Below, piece by piece: positions 36,013 to 40,563 of a stretch of DNA of 40,563 nucleotides. The DNA comes from a virus. Lineage: Duplodnaviria > Caudoviricetes. The position numbers were made by a program, and so were the translations under genes. Under the pieces are notes generated by a model. It was not told the DNA's origin. It did not search any database and worked only from the letters and a program-made list of their open reading frames with translations. Location of the stretch: the IMG/VR virus record IMGVR_UViG_3300030376_004320, positions 1-40,563 of that record. One strand, written 5' to 3'. How positions within the stretch are numbered: the stretch's first letter is position 1; every line of letters begins with the position of its first letter.

Positions 36013-39000
36013 CTAAAAATAAATTAAACCTGTGATTTGATTGATTGGAGCAAATGCACCTGTGAATTTATAAGTTTTTCCTTTATACTTAAACACCAAT
36101 CCTTCACTTGGAACAATTGATTTAGTTCCACCAATAGCATTTAATTTATCTAATTGTTGTTTCAATACTTTTAATTTTTTTACATCACCACCACTTTTTA
36201 CAACATTAATAGCTTTATCTAATCTTTTAACAACACCTTGAACTGATTTCTTTGGATTAGCTGATATGAATCCTTTTACATTTTTTAATATCTCAGCTCC
36301 CACTTCAAAGAACAATTCTTCAAATGGTTTCATATTTTTTTTCACTTGTTGTTTATGATTCGTTTTATCAAAATCTAATATCTCTTGTGTAATATTTTTT
36401 TTCTTTGGATTCGCTTCTATAAATCTTTTCATATCTTTTTTTATATCAGCGACTGAATATGATTTATCAAAGAAAGCCCATCTTTTAACTAATCCTTGAA
36501 CAAGTTTCCCACTTAAATTTTTACTTCCAAATGTTTGGTATATTTTATGTTCCCACCACATTTGGTGATATAAACCCAACGTATCATTATCTTTTAAACC
36601 ATATTCAGCTTTTAATTTATTTAATCTTCCTAAAAATTTATCTTTCATTTTACCAAAATCTTGATGTTTTGGAACATCTAAAAACACAGGTTTACCAATG
36701 GAATATTTCTTTTGTATGTTTTGATTTCTTTGTTGAATCATACCTGCAAGTATTCTACCACTACCCGGCACCTCACCTTTTACATTACCTTTATCATCAT
36801 AAATCAATGCTCCGTGAAATATCAATTGTGTTACATCGTAATCAATTACATTCGCAGACGATGGATACATCACTTCTAAATTCATAAAGTTATATCCGTT
36901 GTTGAATATCTTATCTCTTTGTTTATCTGATAAAGACTTAATTGCTTTTTCTAAATCATTCATAGCAAATACAAAAGCATTTCTAATACTACCTCTACCT
37001 TTAAACTTACTTGCTATTCCTTTTTTATCCAATGCTGTTTTACCACCATTCTTAATATGTCCTTTGTTTCTAGCTGCAATAAGTTTTCCATCTTTGAAAC
37101 TAACCATAATGTTCTGTCCATCTAATTTCTCTGTAACATTATCTTCACGATTTAATTGTCCACCTAATCCTAATTCAATGATTTTTTTCAAGTCACCGAA
37201 TGTTAATTCTTTGTCGTCAAATGGATGAGCCATATGTCCATATGCTCCACCCTCTAATATCAAACCCTCTTTATACAATACTTTCAAATTACCTTTATCA
37301 ATCTGTTTGTCGGTATGTAATTTATCCATTTCTTTTTTAGTAATGGTAATTGTTGGTTTTGTATCTTTTTTAAATCCTTTTTTAGGAACTGCATAATAAG
37401 CTTTTCTTAATCCAAACTTTTTACCAACAACTTCACCTTGTCCAGCGTATTTTTGCTCTAAATCTTTTTGAGCCTTTGCTTTATCATATCTGATTACAAT
37501 ACCTCTTCTCATTAATTTTTGTTTGAATTTTTTTGTTTTAGCAGATACTTCATTTAAAACATCTCCCCACCATTGTTTTGTAAATACATTTTCTTCAACT
37601 TCTTCTTTTTCTTGTTGTTTAATTGTATCCACAGTATCTTTAGCAATTTGTTTTCTGGTATCTTTATCTTGTTTTGTAAACTTCATTAATTCCATACCAA
37701 CCTCTTCGGCTTTTGTCCTCATAGACCTAAACCATTTATCATATCCTTTTGTACCAGTTAAATTTTCTTGGTTGTTTGGTGTTTTTCCTGTCCCAATTCC
37801 AGCTGGTAAATAAGATACAGAATTATGAGGGCCAATTGGCCAACCATCTAATAACTCAGATTCATCTGGTGGTAAGTTATCTACATCACCTTGTAGAATA
37901 TAATTAATTACAGTCCAACCAAGTTTTTCTGCTTCTTCATTACCTCTACCTTTATAATGGTCTGAGTTTTTAAACATTAAACTTGGACCTGAATCCACAC
38001 CTTGAATACCACCAGCGTTTGTTGTATTTGAAACTTCAAATATTTTACCAATATCATTATGAATTAAAAACTCATCTATTTCTTTTGATTTAATAATTCT
38101 AAACTTTAAAGCTGGTCTTCCATTAATTATCAAATCACCTTTTTCATTAAAATCTATTGATTTAATAATTACTTTTTTGTTTTTAAATCTACCCATCATA
38201 ATCGTATCACCAACTTTGATTGGTAAGTCTAAATCAAACAATAAATCTCTTTTCTTTTTATCAAATAATTTTGGATTTTTAGGTTTTGGTTTTGTATTAT
38301 CCCAAGTAGTATGTATAACATCGTTTTCTCTTACAGGCTCATAACCTCTTTTTATTTTATCTTTTTTTCTTTTTTGAACACCTGCTTTAGAATCATTATT
38401 ATCATCAAAGTCATATGTTTCAGGTTCCGCTTCCAACCCATCAATATGTGGACCACTGTGATAACGGTGATGTTTAAGAAATTGTTTAAATTTTTTCTTT
38501 TCTGTTGGACTATTCATTTTCATTTTTTTATATTTATCTGTAACTTTTGTTGGTAATCCTTCATTTATTTCAAATAGTTTTTTAAATTTATTTGACATCA
38601 TAGTGAAAACACCTTTGTCATAATATCCAAACATCTTCTTGAACAACTTCACTCTTTGTTTATCATCAAACTTATCTGAACCAAGTAATTCTCTCATTGT
38701 AGTTCCACTAACTTCTTTTCCACCAACTGATATTGAAACATGTGGAGCAACTAAATAATACCCATTCTCACCATACCCTTTTAAATTCTTTTTGTTTTTT
38801 AAATAATCTTGAAAGTATTTTCCACCACCACCTAATCTACCTGCATCTTTAGCACCAAATACATAAACAAATGCTGTTGTGTTTTTATCGTATTTCTTTT
38901 CTAAGTTCTTTGCAACATAAGGTGATTTTTCTTCAATGATGTATTTTGATTTAACACCCATTTTAGTCATATGTCTGACTTTTTCTTTAAAATTCATTGG

Positions 39001-39189
39001 ATGTCTTGGAGGTTTTTTTATATTGGATGTTGTGATGTATGCTTCATCAACTTTGGATTGTAACCATTTATATGTTTTATAATGATGAGGCCCGAATGGT
39101 TGAAATCTACCACCATATATACCAATGACTTTTTTTATACCATTGGCTTCTAAAATTGGTTTAATTATTTCTTCTACAAGTTTGTTCAA
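36013..39189 (-). CDS. Multidomain protein: N-terminal HIGH-superfamily cytidylyltransferase-like domain plus C-terminal ATP-dependent ligase-fold domain
   Basis: IYGGRFQPFGPHH and VSGTTMR (HIGH/ISSTxxR-like); TEKLDGQN (KxDG motif I), NLEV, EGLVFK (motif IV), YKF. Confidence 0.75.
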   Translation of the reverse strand: MNKLVEEIIKPILEANGIKKVIGIYGGRFQPFGPHHYKTYKWLQSKVDEAYITTSNIKKPPRHPMNFKEKVRHMTKMGVKSKYIIEEKSPYVAKNLEKKYDKNTTAFVYVFGAKDAGRLGGGGKYFQDYLKNKKNLKGYGENGYYLVAPHVSISVGGKEVSGTTMRELLGSDKFDDKQRVKLFKKMFGYYDKGVFTMMSNKFKKLFEINEGLPTKVTDKYKKMKMNSPTEKKKFKQFLKHHRYHSGPHIDGLEAEPETYDFDDNNDSKAGVQKRKKDKIKRGYEPVRENDVIHTTWDNTKPKPKNPKLFDKKKRDLLFDLDLPIKVGDTIMMGRFKNKKVIIKSIDFNEKGDLIINGRPALKFRIIKSKEIDEFLIHNDIGKIFEVSNTTNAGGIQGVDSGPSLMFKNSDHYKGRGNEEAEKLGWTVINYILQGDVDNLPPDESELLDGWPIGPHNSVSYLPAGIGTGKTPNNQENLTGTKGYDKWFRSMRTKAEEVGMELMKFTKQDKDTRKQIAKDTVDTIKQQEKEEVEENVFTKQWWGDVLNEVSAKTKKFKQKLMRRGIVIRYDKAKAQKDLEQKYAGQGEVVGKKFGLRKAYYAVPKKGFKKDTKPTITITKKEMDKLHTDKQIDKGNLKVLYKEGLILEGGAYGHMAHPFDDKELTFGDLKKIIELGLGGQLNREDNVTEKLDGQNIMVSFKDGKLIAARNKGHIKNGGKTALDKKGIASKFKGRGSIRNAFVFAMNDLEKAIKSLSDKQRDKIFNNGYNFMNLEVMYPSSANVIDYDVTQLIFHGALIYDDKGNVKGEVPGSGRILAGMIQQRNQNIQKKYSIGKPVFLDVPKHQDFGKMKDKFLGRLNKLKAEYGLKDNDTLGLYHQMWWEHKIYQTFGSKNLSGKLVQGLVKRWAFFDKSYSVADIKKDMKRFIEANPKKKNITQEILDFDKTNHKQQVKKNMKPFEELFFEVGAEILKNVKGFISANPKKSVQGVVKRLDKAINVVKSGGDVKKLKVLKQQLDKLNAIGGTKSIVPSEGLVFKYKGKTYKFTGAFAPINQITGLIYF

Positions 39190-39204
39190 AATATACCTCT
39201 TAGT

Positions 39205-39240
39205 AATTTACGAATTATTTTTTAAATAACCAAGCTTTTT
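39205..39240 (-). promoter_or_regulatory. Sigma70-like promoter upstream of the 1058-aa gene
   Basis: AAAAAGC-TTGGTT-17 nt-TAAATT; same architecture as the polA promoter. Confidence 0.5.
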
Positions 39241-39242
39241 CT

Positions 39243-39746
39243 TTACATAACATTCTTATTAAACCAAGCTTTTAATTTAGTACTTAACTCATATGAATCA
39301 TCATCATTTAGTTTTCTTGATTCTTTTCTTAATAAACCAATGATTTTAGTAAAAGCTTTATCTGCTTTGCCCTCTGTAATGTTTTCTTCTTTTAAATATT
39401 TACGAGTTCCTTTAAAAAAATTTAACATTTCATCTCTATTTAAAAATACAGGTTTAGTTCCACCCATAAATGTTATACCTTTAAACTCTACTTTAACTTT
39501 AACACCATTTGGTAATTTAACTACTTTGGCCTCATTTAGTTTTTCTTCTGTTGTAAATGAATACCCCATACCAACTTCTTTTGAAGTTCTAACAATTTTA
39601 GCTAAAGTTTTTACACTTTTTTTATCAAGTGTTACTTTACCTTTTTTACCAATAATTTGAACAAATCTACCTGGTTCAAAATTAGCATCTTTCATTGTTG
39701 AAAGTCTAATGGTTTTTTCGTTTAATAATTCTTTTAATTTTACCAT
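39243..39746 (-). CDS. Modular putative internal head protein
   Basis: MVKLKELLNE leader; LNE, LNE, ITE junctions; two modules shared with 27178-28077. Confidence 0.65.
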   Translation of the reverse strand: MVKLKELLNEKTIRLSTMKDANFEPGRFVQIIGKKGKVTLDKKSVKTLAKIVRTSKEVGMGYSFTTEEKLNEAKVVKLPNGVKVKVEFKGITFMGGTKPVFLNRDEMLNFFKGTRKYLKEENITEGKADKAFTKIIGLLRKESRKLNDDDSYELSTKLKAWFNKNVM

Positions 39747-40162
39747 GTTCTACATGCCCAATATCTAGCTTTATATTTAGGACCTGGATTATCACAATTG
39801 TGTCTAGCTCTAAATGATTTTCTAGCTGCAGGATTTGACTTTCTGATTCTCATCGTTCCACCTTTAGCATCACCACCTTGTCCAAAATGAACAACCACAA
39901 CATTACCCTTATCATTCTTTACATAAACCTTAAACTTTTTCCTATCACCTTGCATGATTTTATTAAGTTTAACTTTTCTACCTTTGTATTCAGCCTCTTG
40001 TAGATTCTCACCATAAAATTCAAATGTGTACCCATATCCTTTACCATTTTCTTCATAGTAAATTTCCTTAACACAATTAGGCACCATTTTGTCACCTTTT
40101 TTCTTCATACCAACTTGTTTATATCCAACCCAACAAGTTCCTCTTTTTTCTGTGATTTTCAT
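39740..40162 (-). CDS. Modular basic protein of marine T4-like phages (DUF6321-like)
   Basis: CWVGYKQVGMKKKGDKMVPNCV and EAEYKGRKVKL...RKSFRARHNC...ARYWAC modules. Confidence 0.65.
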   Translation of the reverse strand: MKITEKRGTCWVGYKQVGMKKKGDKMVPNCVKEIYYEENGKGYGYTFEFYGENLQEAEYKGRKVKLNKIMQGDRKKFKVYVKNDKGNVVVVHFGQGGDAKGGTMRIRKSNPAARKSFRARHNCDNPGPKYKARYWACRTW

Positions 40163-40563
40163 TATTTACCCTTTTTCCAACCACCACCTGCTTTTTTATA
40201 CATCTTAGCAGCCCAAGCATTTGCATAAGCTGATGGATATACATCAAATTTTTTCTTTGCTTGTGATTTATAATAACTCCACTTTGATGCATCTGTTGGA
40301 ACATTTTTTTCTACAAGATAATTAAAGTATTCTTCTTCAATCATTTCTTTTAATTTAGACTTTGTAAGTTTCATTACATTCTCCGATTTTTTCTTTTTTC
40401 CTGCACAATGTGCTTTTTGGCTGAATCCTTTTGGATTACTACAATCTATTGACTTTTTATATTTTTGACTCCAACCTTCATTTTTCTTTTTAGTAATCTT
40501 TTTCATCTTATTTATATAAGCTCTATAAACACCAGCTTGAGATGTTTTACCCATCTCTTTTGC
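40162..40563 (-). CDS. Modular basic protein, probably 5'-truncated by the window edge
   Basis: EGWSQKYKKSIDCSNPKGFSQKAHC and KKFDVYPSAYAN modules; frame stays open beyond ATG 40554. Confidence 0.6.
   Translation of the reverse strand, partial: AKEMGKTSQAGVYRAYINKMKKITKKKNEGWSQKYKKSIDCSNPKGFSQKAHCAGKKKKSENVMKLTKSKLKEMIEEEYFNYLVEKNVPTDASKWSYYKSQAKKKFDVYPSAYANAWAAKMYKKAGGGWKKGK

Noticed and set aside
1703-39660. All plus-strand ORFs in the track (e.g. 1703-2095, 7010-7495, 18398-18907, 21149-21517)
   Set aside because: Antisense shadows of well-supported minus-strand genes; Ser/Phe/Leu-biased composition and no recognisable motifs
15480-40304. Short nested minus-strand ORFs (15480-15662, 20472-20663, 30796-30984, 40119-40304)
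   Set aside because: Out-of-frame ORFs lying within or across real genes, with no recognisable features
1-40563. Alternative genetic code (TAG/TGA recoding)
   Set aside because: Core genes are full length in the standard code, and TAA, TAG and TGA all serve as stops at tight gene junctions
1-40563. tRNA or rRNA genes
   Set aside because: No cloverleaf or T-loop signatures seen; intergenic gaps are short and explained by promoters, leaders and terminators

Overview
This window is an AT-rich fragment of a large T4-related myovirus genome (Far-T4/uncultured aquatic type; host plausibly FCB-group, inferred). All credible genes are on the minus strand. In transcription order (right to left): small basic modular head proteins; a 1058-aa HIGH-nucleotidyltransferase plus ligase-fold protein; small membrane/lysis-like genes; terminase (gp17); portal (gp20); prohead protease (gp21); a cluster of putative internal head proteins; a membrane protein plus an actin-family ATPase (volactin-like); ribosomal protein bS21; scaffold; major capsid (gp23); neck (gp13/gp14); a LamG protein; gp15; sheath (gp18); tube (gp19); GH108 lysin; a gp26-like chaperone with a frameshift partner; tape measure; baseplate genes; and a partial, atypical family-A DNA polymerase that the ORF track missed. 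Best leads: (1) a phage actin with a membrane-anchored partner whose C-terminal motif recurs in a soluble neck-operon protein; (2) cassette-like polyprotein head cargo with shared N-terminal leaders and [ILV]-x-E protease sites; (3) bS21 together with strong SD sequences; (4) a +1/-2 tail-chaperone frameshift; (5) a ten-copy ATATTTATATATG late-promoter motif that is the reverse complement of the T4 late box. Family assignments come from motif recognition and recall, not database searches.
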